Shown here: positions 10,198 to 19,534 of the stretch, one piece after another
How the letters are laid out: each line of letters starts with the position of its first letter
Numbering within the stretch: position 1 is the first letter of the stretch
Assembly (NCBI GenBank): GCA_020148055.1
Contig: JAHCRF010000001.1
Span: 5,378 to 69,377 of the forward strand
Source: Patescibacteria group bacterium
GTDB lineage: Bacteria > Patescibacteriota > Minisyncoccia > Minisyncoccales > JAHCRE01
Length of the DNA stretch: 64,000 nt
Direction: 5' to 3'
Program-made: the position numbers and the translations under genes
Notes under the pieces: model-generated
What the model was told of the DNA's origin: nothing
Database searches by the model: none
Seen by the model: the letters and a program-made list of their open reading frames with translations, nothing else

Positions 10198-10537
10198 ATG
10201 TTCAAGAAAATAAAGGATATTTTAGGAAAAAGAATCGAATAATACAGTTTTAAAAATGAACTTTTAGCCATAAGAATTTTTGACCTCTGGAAAAAAGTAA
10301 TAAAGGAGAAGCCGTCTTTCAATAAAAAAGCCGGTTTTTTTGAAAACCCAGCCAATTTCATTTAGAAAAAGAATTTTATTTGTTAAAGTCCAAAATTCTA
10401 CTCTTGCTCAAGAATTAAAACTTTCCGAAACAGAGATAATAAAAAAGATTAACAATTCTCTTCCCAAATCATATTTTAAAAAAATCGTTTTTAAAATATT
10501 CAGCCCTACTAAAAATTTCTTCGCTCGAGGCGGATAA
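10198..10537 (+). pseudogene. dciA: DciA/DUF721 family helicase loader, disrupted (in-frame TAA at 10240 and frameshift in the T7 run at 10335-10341)
   Basis: Joining the frames gives MFKKIKDILGKRIE*YSFKNELLAIRIFDLWKKV... / KTQPISFRKRILFVKVQNSTLAQELKLSETEIIKKIN, a DUF721-like pattern. It lies directly after dnaN. Confidence 0.7.
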
Positions 10538-10538
10538 A

Positions 10539-12494
10539 TTAATAAAGATCCTCTGAAAATTTTAACAAAGCCCGCTCCATAACCTGGTGGAAAATTGGTC
10601 CGGCTACCGATACTCCTGGTGCTTTTTCCATCGGAGAATTGTCATTATTCCCTGCCCAAACCCCAACCACGATTGAAGGGGTATAACCTATAGTCCAACC
10701 GTCTCTATAATTATCGGTTGTTCCGGTTTTAACAGAAACCTGAAATCCCTCAAAATAAAGGGAAGATCTCGGGCCAAACATTGGAGCCCGGGCCTCATTA
10801 TCAGATAAAATATCATTAATTAATCTACAAATTTCAGTTTCCAAGACTCTTTTTGGAATTTTTTTATTTTCCTCAATTATAGCACCTGTTGAATCTTCGA
10901 TTCTCAAAATAGCTGTCGGTGTAACTTTTAATCCTTCAGTAGCAAAAACTCCGTAGGCAGACACCATATCCAATAATTTTACTTCTTGACCACCTAAAAC
11001 TATTGAAGGATAATAAGGTGATTTTAGAGTAGTAATTCCAAGTTCTCTGGCCGTTTTAACCGAGTCTTCTAAACCAACCTTTATATCTCCTAATCCAGCT
11101 AAATCCCGAAGAACTTTAATTGAGGGGACATTTATCGATTGAGCCAGGGCCTCTCTGACGGTTACCTCTCCTCGAAATTTTTCATCATAATTTTGGGGAA
11201 TATACTCTTCACCGCCCCAAATTCCAAAATTCGTTTCTTCGTCCAAGACTTTATATTTGTCGTCATAGCCCTTTTTAAAAGCAGTGGCGTAAACAAAAGG
11301 TTTGAAAGCCGAACCCGGTTGTCTCCCCCTTAAACTAACATTGGGATAAGGTTCAAAAAGACAACTTTGTCCAGGAATATTGCTTCCAGAGGTGCAACCT
11401 TCAGGATAGGGATCTGAGAACCAATCTTTAGAACCAACCATGGCTAAGATTTCCCCGGTCTTCGGTGAAATGACAACTAAAGAGGCATTAAATGCTTGAT
11501 ATTTTTCATTGATTTTTGCCCTATCCTCAACTATTTCTTCAGCTAACTGTTGAAGTTCCCAATCCAAAGAAGTATAAACTCTCAACCCCTTTTCTTTTAA
11601 GAAATCTTGACTATAGCCTTTTTTTTCTAGATATTCTCTAACGTACATTACAAAATGAAGGGCTATTTCTGGGTAATTTTCGGCAAATTTTATTTCCTCT
11701 TCTTGGGCATTTTCTTTTTGTTCATTTGTAATATATCCTAAAAGTTCCATCCGATCCAAAATATAGTCTTTTCTAGTCAATAATTCATCCAGATGCTTTC
11801 CGAACACTGGAGAGAAATAACTTGGAGCTTTAATTAAAGAAGCTAAAAGGGCGGCTTCGGATAAAGAAATTTCAGAAACCGGTTTGTTAAAATAACTCTG
11901 ACTGACTTCTTCAACCCCGTAAAGATTAGGACCAAAAGGAACCTGGTTTAAGTACCATTCCAAAATCTGATCTTTAGAATATCTTCTATCTAATTCTAAG
12001 GTTAAAATAATCTCTCTAATTTTCCTCTCTAGAGTTTTTTCCTGGGTTAAAAAAGAAGAACGGATGAGTTGTTGAGGAATAGTTGAGCCGCCTTGCACTG
12101 GCTTGCGTACTTTTAGATTAGCCAAAAGAGCTCGGCCTATTGCTTTAGGGTCTATTCCAAAATGATGATAGAAATTAACATCTTCAGCAACAACCACCGC
12201 TTCTCTTAAATAGATAGGAATCTTTTCTAAAGGAACAATTTTTCTTTTCTCTTCACCATAAATCTCATATAAAAGAGTTTCCCCTGATCTGTCATAAATC
12301 TTAGTTGACTGAATAATCTCTCTTTCTAAAAATTTTTCTGGCCGAGGAAGATCTTTAGCATAATAAATAAATACAAAAAGACTGCCTAATAGTAAAATTA
12401 AGAAAAAAAAACCAAAGGTTTTTAAAACCAAAAAAAATCTTCTCCTTCTTCTCTTTTTTAAAAAAATATCTCGGTGATATCTCCTTTTTGGCAT
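10539..12494 (-). CDS. class A penicillin-binding protein (PBP1A family)
   Basis: Transglycosylase motifs AEDVNFYHHFGID, QGGSTIPQQL, RKIRE; transpeptidase motifs SAFK, SIN, KTGT. Confidence 0.95.
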   Translation of the reverse strand: MPKRRYHRDIFLKKRRRRRFFLVLKTFGFFFLILLLGSLFVFIYYAKDLPRPEKFLEREIIQSTKIYDRSGETLLYEIYGEEKRKIVPLEKIPIYLREAVVVAEDVNFYHHFGIDPKAIGRALLANLKVRKPVQGGSTIPQQLIRSSFLTQEKTLERKIREIILTLELDRRYSKDQILEWYLNQVPFGPNLYGVEEVSQSYFNKPVSEISLSEAALLASLIKAPSYFSPVFGKHLDELLTRKDYILDRMELLGYITNEQKENAQEEEIKFAENYPEIALHFVMYVREYLEKKGYSQDFLKEKGLRVYTSLDWELQQLAEEIVEDRAKINEKYQAFNASLVVISPKTGEILAMVGSKDWFSDPYPEGCTSGSNIPGQSCLFEPYPNVSLRGRQPGSAFKPFVYATAFKKGYDDKYKVLDEETNFGIWGGEEYIPQNYDEKFRGEVTVREALAQSINVPSIKVLRDLAGLGDIKVGLEDSVKTARELGITTLKSPYYPSIVLGGQEVKLLDMVSAYGVFATEGLKVTPTAILRIEDSTGAIIEENKKIPKRVLETEICRLINDILSDNEARAPMFGPRSSLYFEGFQVSVKTGTTDNYRDGWTIGYTPSIVVGVWAGNNDNSPMEKAPGVSVAGPIFHQVMERALLKFSEDLY

Positions 12495-12562
12495 AAAGCA
12501 CCTTCATTTTAGGAAATTTAATTAGAATTGGCAAGTCCGAATTTATTTGTTATGATAAAAAA

Positions 12563-13771
12563 ATGAAAATTGATGTCACTTCTGAAAAAATTAAAGAAGT
12601 TTTAACTAGAGGAGTAGAAAAAATTTACCCTGATTTTAAAATGTTAGAAAAAAGAATGATCTCTGGCGAGAAAATGAGATTATATTGCGGTTATGATCCG
12701 TCAGCTCCAACTTTGCATCTGGGACACTTAATCACATTAAAGAAATTAGCCCAGTTTCAAGAATTAGGTCACGAAGTTATTATGCTTATTGGAGATTTCA
12801 CTGGAATGATCGGTGACCCAACTGAAAGGCTAACTGTTAGGAGAAAATTAACAAGAAGAGAGGTCATCTCAAACTCCAAAAGTTACAAGAAATTGGCTAG
12901 TAAAATTCTAAAATTTACTGGAAAAAATCCGGCTAGAATTTTATATAATAGTCAATGGTTAGATAATCTAATCTTTTTAAAATTAATAGATTTAGCTTCA
13001 AATTTTACAGTTCAACAGATAGTTGTTAGAGATATGTTTCAAAAAAGAATAAAAAAGAAGCGACCAATTTATCTACATGAATTTTTATATCCTTTAGCTC
13101 AGGCTTATGATGGTTTGGCAATGGATGTTGATCTAGAAATTGGAGGAAAAGATCAAACCTTTAATATGCTTTGTGGGAGAGATTTAATGAAGGCTTTGAG
13201 AAAGAAAGAAAAATTTGTTTTGGCAACTAAATTGTTAGTTGACCCCACTGGTAAAAAAATGGGAAAGACCGAAGGGAAAATGATATCTTTGGATGAAAAT
13301 CCAATAGAAATCTATGGTAAGATTATGTCTTGGCCGGATAGTCTGATTTTGCCTGGCCTCGAACTCCTAACTAATCTGCCTTTAAAAAAAGTCAAAGAAA
13401 TTTCAAAAAAAATTCGAGGAAGAAAATTAAACCCTGCCGATGCTAAAGCCCAATTGGCTAGAGAGATTGTAGTTATTTGTCACAATAAAAGAGCGGTCCA
13501 GGTTGCTGAAAGAGAATTTAATAGAGTTTTCAAAAAGAAAAAATTGCCATCAAAAATTCTTGAAATTAAACTTAAGGAAAAAAAACTTAATATTCTTGGC
13601 TTGTTAACTAAAACAAAATTAGCCCGATCCCGATCAGCAGCTAAAAGATTAATCTTGCAAAAAGGGGTTAAAATTGATAATGCAGTTGAAAAGGATTGGC
13701 GGAAAGTTATCAAAGTAAAAAAAGGGATGATAGTTCAAGTAGGAAAAAGGAAATTTGTAAGACTGATTTAG
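12563..13771 (+). CDS. tyrS: tyrosine--tRNA ligase
   Basis: GYDPSAPTLHLGH, GGKDQ, KMGKT, C-terminal S4 domain. Confidence 0.96.
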   Translation: MKIDVTSEKIKEVLTRGVEKIYPDFKMLEKRMISGEKMRLYCGYDPSAPTLHLGHLITLKKLAQFQELGHEVIMLIGDFTGMIGDPTERLTVRRKLTRREVISNSKSYKKLASKILKFTGKNPARILYNSQWLDNLIFLKLIDLASNFTVQQIVVRDMFQKRIKKKRPIYLHEFLYPLAQAYDGLAMDVDLEIGGKDQTFNMLCGRDLMKALRKKEKFVLATKLLVDPTGKKMGKTEGKMISLDENPIEIYGKIMSWPDSLILPGLELLTNLPLKKVKEISKKIRGRKLNPADAKAQLAREIVVICHNKRAVQVAEREFNRVFKKKKLPSKILEIKLKEKKLNILGLLTKTKLARSRSAAKRLILQKGVKIDNAVEKDWRKVIKVKKGMIVQVGKRKFVRLI

Positions 13772-13772
13772 T

Positions 13773-13798
13773 AAAAACCCCGATTTATCGGGGTTTTT
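13773..13798. terminator. bidirectional terminator
   Basis: AAAAACCCCGAT-TT-ATCGGGGTTTTT perfect inverted repeat. Confidence 0.85.
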
Positions 13799-13800
13799 AA

Positions 13801-13911
13801 TTACTCAAATTCTTCTTCCAATTCTTCTTCTTCCAATTCTTCATCTTCCAATTCTTCATCTCCTTCTTGATTAATAAAAGGAATTAAAATTTCATCTTCT
13901 AAATAAGGCAT
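13801..13911 (-). CDS. 36-aa highly acidic small protein (missing from the ORF track)
   Basis: MPYLEDEILIPFINQEGDEELEDEELEEEELEEEFE*, with its own TTGACA-N16-TATAAT promoter and a terminator right after the stop. Confidence 0.7.
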   Translation of the reverse strand: MPYLEDEILIPFINQEGDEELEDEELEEEELEEEFE

Positions 13912-13998
13912 ATTTCTCAGATTTAACCCCCACCTCTTTTTTAATTTAAAGGTAGGTATTTATTTAATTTATTCAACGCCGACCTTTTGATTAAAACT

Positions 13999-14026
13999 AT
14001 TATAAAAAATCAAAAAGGCCTGTCAA
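13999..14026 (-). promoter_or_regulatory. sigma70 promoter for the small acidic ORF
   Basis: TTGACA (14026-14021), N16, TATAAT (14004-13999). Confidence 0.7.
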
Positions 14027-14130
14027 GTTCCGAAGGCCTTTTTAAACTTTTTCTGAGAAATAGTAAATTAAGGTAATTACCAGAGCATCGGCGCCCCCCG
14101 CTAAAACAAAATTCAGTGGGGTAAACATCA

Positions 14131-14622
14131 TCAGATTTTTACAGAGTTTGTATAACAAATTGCTATTCCAAGGGCATCGGCTGCGTCATCGGGAGGAAGT
14201 TTTTTTAGATTGAGTAAAGCCTTGACCATCCTTTGGATCTGTTTTTTTTCCGCCCTACCATAGCCGGTTATAGCCATTTTGACTTGTAAAGGAGTGAATT
14301 CATAGACTGGGATTTTTTTCTTAGCAGCAGCAAGTAGAACCACGCCTTTGGCTTGGGCAACTGGCATAGCGGTTTTTAGGTTTTTAAAAAAATAAATTTT
14401 CTCGATAGCCAAAACTTCTGGCCGGTATTTCTTAATCAACTTATTTAGTTGATTGTGTATTTTTTTTAATCTTTCTCCTTCAGCTAAAGAGGGATTGGTT
14501 TTAATCAATCCATAATCCAAGCATTTCAACTTATTTTTACTTTTTTTCTTTCTCCTTTTAGTTTTTTTTATTATTCCGTAACCGGTAGTAGCCGTACCCG
14601 GATCAATGCCCAAGATTATCAT
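14131..14622 (-). CDS. ruvC: Holliday junction resolvase RuvC
   Basis: ILGIDPG, FTPLQVK.AITGYGRAEK, DDAADAL. Confidence 0.96.
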   Translation of the reverse strand: MIILGIDPGTATTGYGIIKKTKRRKKKSKNKLKCLDYGLIKTNPSLAEGERLKKIHNQLNKLIKKYRPEVLAIEKIYFFKNLKTAMPVAQAKGVVLLAAAKKKIPVYEFTPLQVKMAITGYGRAEKKQIQRMVKALLNLKKLPPDDAADALGIAICYTNSVKI

Positions 14623-14626
14623 GATT

Positions 14627-15361
14627 TTATTCTTTTAAATTTGAGTAAATTTCTTGAACCGCTTCATTGTCATCTAAAGCCGCAAAGAGCTTTTGACAGG
14701 CTATTTTATCTTTTTCTTCAGTTTCCAATTCCTTTTTAGCTACCCAATCTAAAGAAGTCGATTCTGTTTTAATTCCTTTATTTTCTAAAATTTTCTTAAT
14801 CTCTTCCAACCCTTCAGGTTTTGTATAAATATCTAAAACCTCATCATGCCAATAAATGTCTTCAGCTCCTGCCTCAATCGCTAATAATTCTAATTTTCCT
14901 TTATCTTTGAGATCTTCGATCTGTGATTTACAGTCTACAGTTATACAACCTTTTCTTTCAAACATCCATTTTACTGCGCCTGGGCTGACTAATTTTCCCT
15001 TATTCTGATTTAAAATTTGTTTAATTTCACTTAGGGTTCGATTTTTATTATCAGTGATTCCCTCGATAATAATAGCAATTTTACCTGGGCCATAGGCCTC
15101 AAAAAACACCTCTTCTAATGTCACTCCTTTCAGTTCTCCGGTTCCTCTTTTGATAGCTCTTTCAATATTTTCTTTTGGAATATTAAATTCCTTAGCTTTT
15201 TCGATAGCCAAGCGTAATTTAGGGTTGGTTTCAGGATCGCCACCTTTTTCCCTGGCGGCAACTGAAATCGTTCGAGAAAGTTTCGAAAAAATTTGACCTC
15301 GTTTTTTATCAGCAATTCCTTTTTTATGCTTTATCCGATGCCAATGACTGTGTCCAGACAT
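14627..15361 (-). CDS. yebC: YebC/PmpR family protein
   Basis: MSGHSHW..IKHKK, EAYGPG, TDNKNRT. Confidence 0.96.
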   Translation of the reverse strand: MSGHSHWHRIKHKKGIADKKRGQIFSKLSRTISVAAREKGGDPETNPKLRLAIEKAKEFNIPKENIERAIKRGTGELKGVTLEEVFFEAYGPGKIAIIIEGITDNKNRTLSEIKQILNQNKGKLVSPGAVKWMFERKGCITVDCKSQIEDLKDKGKLELLAIEAGAEDIYWHDEVLDIYTKPEGLEEIKKILENKGIKTESTSLDWVAKKELETEEKDKIACQKLFAALDDNEAVQEIYSNLKE

Positions 15362-15374
15362 GTTATATTATTTA

Positions 15375-15755
15375 CTACTTCTTTTTACATTTCAGACAAG
15401 TTCTGGCTTCAGGGTAAACTTTTAATCTTCTAATATTAATCAATTTTCCACATCTCTCACAAATTCCATATTTTCCTTTTTTCATTTTTTTCAGAGCTAA
15501 ATTAATGTTTCGGAGTTTAATTTCTAGAGTATATTCGATCGGTAAAAGGATGCTATATTCTTCAATTTCATCAGCCGCTTTCTCTAAAGCTGCTCCCCCG
15601 ATCTCTCCATTAAAAAGAGGAAAACGAGGATGCCTGCCTCCTTTTAGTTTTCTATCTTTTTCAGCAAACTTTTTTAACTCTTTTTCAATTGAGGTTTTTT
15701 CTTCTTTCAATTTCAATTTTAATTTCTGGAGAAGTTTTTGAGATATTTCAACCAT
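15375..15755 (-). CDS. TraR/DksA C4-type zinc finger protein
   Basis: Coiled coil followed by GKYGICERCG...RL.VYPEARTCLKC. Confidence 0.88.
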   Translation of the reverse strand: MVEISQKLLQKLKLKLKEEKTSIEKELKKFAEKDRKLKGGRHPRFPLFNGEIGGAALEKAADEIEEYSILLPIEYTLEIKLRNINLALKKMKKGKYGICERCGKLINIRRLKVYPEARTCLKCKKK

Positions 15756-15760
15756 ATTTG

Positions 15761-17368
15761 TTAAAATCTGCCTTTAAAGAACCAATACCATAAAAAGAAA
15801 ATAGTAGTCAGAATTACTAAAATTAATGTTAAAATTACCACTCGAGTCAAAAACTTTTCAAAAGGAGGAGGTTTTTGGGGAAGAGGTCGAATAATTAGCT
15901 CTTCGGCTTTTTCTGTTGGTTTTAAAATTTCCTCAGGTCTTTCTTTCGGTTTGGTTCTTAATTTCTCTAAAAATTTTTTTCTTTCTTCTTCACCTTTTTC
16001 AAAGACCTTCAATCTTTCTACTCCTTCCTTAGGTTTCTCTCTAATCCATGGAGGAACTGGTGGAGGTGGTGGCTTAGGATGCAGTGGTTTTTGAGCTGGA
16101 GGAGGCGGTGGGGGAGGAGGAGGTTTAGGCGGCGGTGATGGCGGCTTAGGCATTGGCGGTGGCGGTGGCGGTGGTTTTCTTGGCGGTGCTGGAGGGGGCG
16201 GTTTAGGTTTTTCTTCAATTGGAGGAGACGGTCTCACTGGCGGTGGTGGTGGTTTAGGTGTTGGAGGAAGTTTTTTTATGAGATTATCAATCTCTTCGAT
16301 TCTCTTCCTGAAAGATTTTTCTTCATCTAGTAAGGGTTGGTATTCCAGGGTAATTTCTCTTTCTTCTTCTTTTATTTTACTTTTTTCAATATTCAATTGC
16401 CATTTTCTCTCTTCAAACTGCTTTCTTTCTTCTTCAGCTTTCCACCTTTCCTTTTCTATTTTTCTTTTCTCAGCCAGATCAACAACTGTCTCTTCTTTTT
16501 TCTCAAGTTCGGCTATTCTTTGCTCGGCCCCTCTTTCTTTTATTAGAGTCTCGGCCAAATTTCTTCCAACCTCCTCTTTTCTTCCAGTAAGTTTTTCCAA
16601 TTTTATTCTGAAAGGTTCTCCTTCGGATAAAGTTGAAGAGAGTTCTTTTTCTAATGCTAACTTTTTTTCTTCTAACTCTGCTTCTCTCTCTCTTTCTGAG
16701 ATTTCCTGTCTCCTTTTTTTTAACTCCTTTATCTCTCTCAAAATTTTTTGAGATCCTAAATCAACCTCTTTTATTTTATTTTTGATTGTCTCGATTTCAT
16801 CTTCGGTTTTCCATCTCTCAGCTTCGATTTCCTTTCTCTTTTTCTCAATCCCCCATCTTTCTCGCTCAATCATTTGTTTTTCAGTAACAGAGACCACCTC
16901 TTTCTCTTTCTCTTCAATTTCTTTTTTCTTTTTCTCAATTTCTCTTTCCTTTCCTAAAATTGGTTCAAGATCTTTTTCGAGTCGGCTAATTTCTTCTAAA
17001 TATTGAACCTTCCTTTTTTCAAAAAACTCCCTTTGATCAGAAAGGTTAATAATCTTTTTTTCGATCTCAACCCTTTCTTTTTTAAGTTTTTGTTTTTCTT
17101 CCCTTTCTTCTTTTTCGAATCTAATTTTTTCTTTCTCCTCAGGTTTTCTTTCCTTTTCCCTCTCCTCCTCTAATCTATCCTCTTCTAAAATTCCAGCTCT
17201 TTTTTTCTCCTCAGCTATTCTCTTTTCAATTAATCTTTTCTTTTCTTCAATTTTCAAAGCAGCAATTTTTTCCCTTTCTCTTCGGGCTTCTTCCTCTCTT
17301 AATTTCTCGATATCTTTTTTCATTGTTTTAATTTCCTCTCTTTTGAAAAATTCTTTTTTTTCTGGCAT
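15761..17368 (-). CDS. coiled-coil, polyproline-linker, C-terminally anchored membrane protein
   Basis: E/K/R-rich coil, about 75-aa Pro-rich segment, single TM helix at the C-terminus. Confidence 0.8.
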   Translation of the reverse strand: MPEKKEFFKREEIKTMKKDIEKLREEEARREREKIAALKIEEKKRLIEKRIAEEKKRAGILEEDRLEEEREKERKPEEKEKIRFEKEEREEKQKLKKERVEIEKKIINLSDQREFFEKRKVQYLEEISRLEKDLEPILGKEREIEKKKKEIEEKEKEVVSVTEKQMIERERWGIEKKRKEIEAERWKTEDEIETIKNKIKEVDLGSQKILREIKELKKRRQEISEREREAELEEKKLALEKELSSTLSEGEPFRIKLEKLTGRKEEVGRNLAETLIKERGAEQRIAELEKKEETVVDLAEKRKIEKERWKAEEERKQFEERKWQLNIEKSKIKEEEREITLEYQPLLDEEKSFRKRIEEIDNLIKKLPPTPKPPPPPVRPSPPIEEKPKPPPPAPPRKPPPPPPPMPKPPSPPPKPPPPPPPPPAQKPLHPKPPPPPVPPWIREKPKEGVERLKVFEKGEEERKKFLEKLRTKPKERPEEILKPTEKAEELIIRPLPQKPPPFEKFLTRVVILTLILVILTTIFFLWYWFFKGRF

Positions 17369-17388
17369 ATTGTTTTTAAACCCCTCTT

Positions 17389-19524
17389 TTAACGAGATGG
17401 GACTTTTCTTATTGCTTTTAATGATAAATTTATTCTTCCTTGTTCGTCAATGGAAATTACTTTAACCGGGACAACATCGCCAACTTTTATTACTTCTTCA
17501 ACTCTTTTTATTCTCCCCGGAGCTAATTGAGAAATATGAAGGAGCCCTTCTTGGCCAGGTAGAACTTCGACAAAAGCTCCAAAATCTAAGATTTTCTTTA
17601 CTTTGCCTTGAAAAACTTCTCCTACCTTAATTTCTCTGGTAATATTTTTTATCCAACTGATTGCTTTTTTGGCTGCTTCTTCCTTTTCTGAAGTAATATA
17701 GATAAGACCTGAGGGTTGAATATCTATTGAGACCTCACATTTTTCAATAATTTCATTAATCACTCTTCCTCCTGGACCGACCACTTCTCTAATTTTTCCC
17801 GGATTAATTTGTAAAGTTAGAACTCTAGGAGCATAAGACGACAGTTCAGTCCTTGGTTTCGGTAGAACTTTTCCCATCTTTTCCAAAATTTGAAGTCGAG
17901 ATTTTTTACCTTTTTCTAATACCTTTTTAAAAATTTCCTTGGTGATTCCCTCAACCTTTACATCCATTTGGATAGCGGTTACACCCTTTTTTGTTCCAGC
18001 TATTTTGAAATCCATACCTCCATGATGATCTTCTGGTCCTTGGATGTCAGTTAAGATTTTGTAATCCGCCTCATCGGTGGATGCGCCGGAGAGGCGCATT
18101 CCTTCTTTCGTCATTAAACCGATAGCAATCCCAGCAGCCGGCCTTTTTATTTGTATTCCAGCATCCATTAGAGCTAAAGAGGAGCTGGAAACCGAAGCCA
18201 TTGAGGTCGAACCATTAGAAGAAAGAATTTCAGAGACTATCCTTATTGTATAAGGAAACTCTTCAAAACTGGGAATTAGAGGTAATAGGGCTCGCTCCAC
18301 TAACATTCCATGACCAATATCCCTTCTGGCCGGTCCCCGTAAAGGCCTTATCTCTCCAACTGAATAAGGGGGAAAATTATAATGATGCATAAATCTTTTT
18401 TTACCAACAATTTCCATCCCTTCTAATAATTGAACGTCTCTTGGAGCTCCTAAAGTTAAAATCGACAAAGCCTTAGTCTGGCCTCGGCAAAAAAGACCAG
18501 AACCATGGGTTCGAGGTATTAATCCTACCTCACAATAGATTTTTCTTATTTCATCTAGCGCCCGACCATCAGACCTCTTTTCATATTTGAGAATATTTTT
18601 ATGAACTAATCGATTGATTTCTTTTTCAAAGAAATCTCGAGCATATCTTGTTTTTTCCTGACCAGGATATTTACCTTCAATAAAGTAAGTTAATTCTTCT
18701 TTTAGTTTGTTAACTTCTTCCATCCTTCCAACTTTTGTTTTTTGATAAAGAGCCTTTTCTAGTTTATTTCCTAAAAAATTCTTGATTTCCTTTTCTAATT
18801 CGAGATCTCTTGGGGGAGTTTCAATTAAAATTTTTTCTTTACCAATTTTTTCTGAAATTTCTCCTTGAAAATCAACCAGTTTTTTTAGATATTTCTCGGA
18901 AAATTCTAAAGCTTCCAAAATTGAACTTTCATTGATCTCCTCAAAATCTCCCTCGATCATATTAATTAAGATCTCTCCATTTCTCTCGCCACCGGCTAAA
19001 ATGAGATCTATGTCGCTTTTTTCTCTTTCTTCGTAAGTCGGATTTAAAACAAATTGGCCGTTTATTTTACCAATTCGAACTGCTGCTATTGGTCCTTGCC
19101 AGGGAATATCAGAAATTGAGAGAGCCAAGGAGGCAGAGATTAGACTTAAAATATCAGGGTCATTTTTTTCATCCCAGGAAAGGATAGTAGCAATTACCTG
19201 GACTCCCCGCCTTAAATTTTCTGAAAATCTTGGTCGAATAGCCCGATCAATCAATCTTGAATTACAGATCGCCTCGCCTGAAGGTCGGGTTTCTCTCCTG
19301 ATATAACGAGATCCCCGAATCTTCCCAGCAGCATAATATCTTTCCTCATAATTAACGGTTAAAGGGAAAAAATCAACTTCCTCTCTATCATATTTTGACA
19401 TCACGCAGGTAGTCAAAACCAAGGTATCGCCCAGTCTTATAAGAACATCAGAATTTGCCTGTTCGGCTAAATTCCTAGTTTCTACTTTCAGTTCCTTTCC
19501 TGCTAGGTCTAATTTAAAATTCAT
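17389..19524 (-). CDS. pnp: polyribonucleotide nucleotidyltransferase
   Basis: DFFPLTVNYEE, HGSGLF.RGQT, SNGSTSMAS, MDFKIAGT, KH and S1 domains. Confidence 0.97.
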   Translation of the reverse strand: MNFKLDLAGKELKVETRNLAEQANSDVLIRLGDTLVLTTCVMSKYDREEVDFFPLTVNYEERYYAAGKIRGSRYIRRETRPSGEAICNSRLIDRAIRPRFSENLRRGVQVIATILSWDEKNDPDILSLISASLALSISDIPWQGPIAAVRIGKINGQFVLNPTYEEREKSDIDLILAGGERNGEILINMIEGDFEEINESSILEALEFSEKYLKKLVDFQGEISEKIGKEKILIETPPRDLELEKEIKNFLGNKLEKALYQKTKVGRMEEVNKLKEELTYFIEGKYPGQEKTRYARDFFEKEINRLVHKNILKYEKRSDGRALDEIRKIYCEVGLIPRTHGSGLFCRGQTKALSILTLGAPRDVQLLEGMEIVGKKRFMHHYNFPPYSVGEIRPLRGPARRDIGHGMLVERALLPLIPSFEEFPYTIRIVSEILSSNGSTSMASVSSSSLALMDAGIQIKRPAAGIAIGLMTKEGMRLSGASTDEADYKILTDIQGPEDHHGGMDFKIAGTKKGVTAIQMDVKVEGITKEIFKKVLEKGKKSRLQILEKMGKVLPKPRTELSSYAPRVLTLQINPGKIREVVGPGGRVINEIIEKCEVSIDIQPSGLIYITSEKEEAAKKAISWIKNITREIKVGEVFQGKVKKILDFGAFVEVLPGQEGLLHISQLAPGRIKRVEEVIKVGDVVPVKVISIDEQGRINLSLKAIRKVPSR

Positions 19525-19534
19525 ATTCTTCGTT

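Noticed and set aside
10240-10242. Stop-codon recoding (alternative genetic code) explaining the dciA stop
   Set aside because: TAA is the dominant terminator across the window, TGA also ends genes (for example nusA and rbfA), and a separate frameshift would remain.
16018-17006. Short antisense and alternate-frame ORFs here and throughout the track
   Set aside because: They are shadows of AAG/GAA-rich genes giving Phe/Ser/Leu-rich translations with no motifs.
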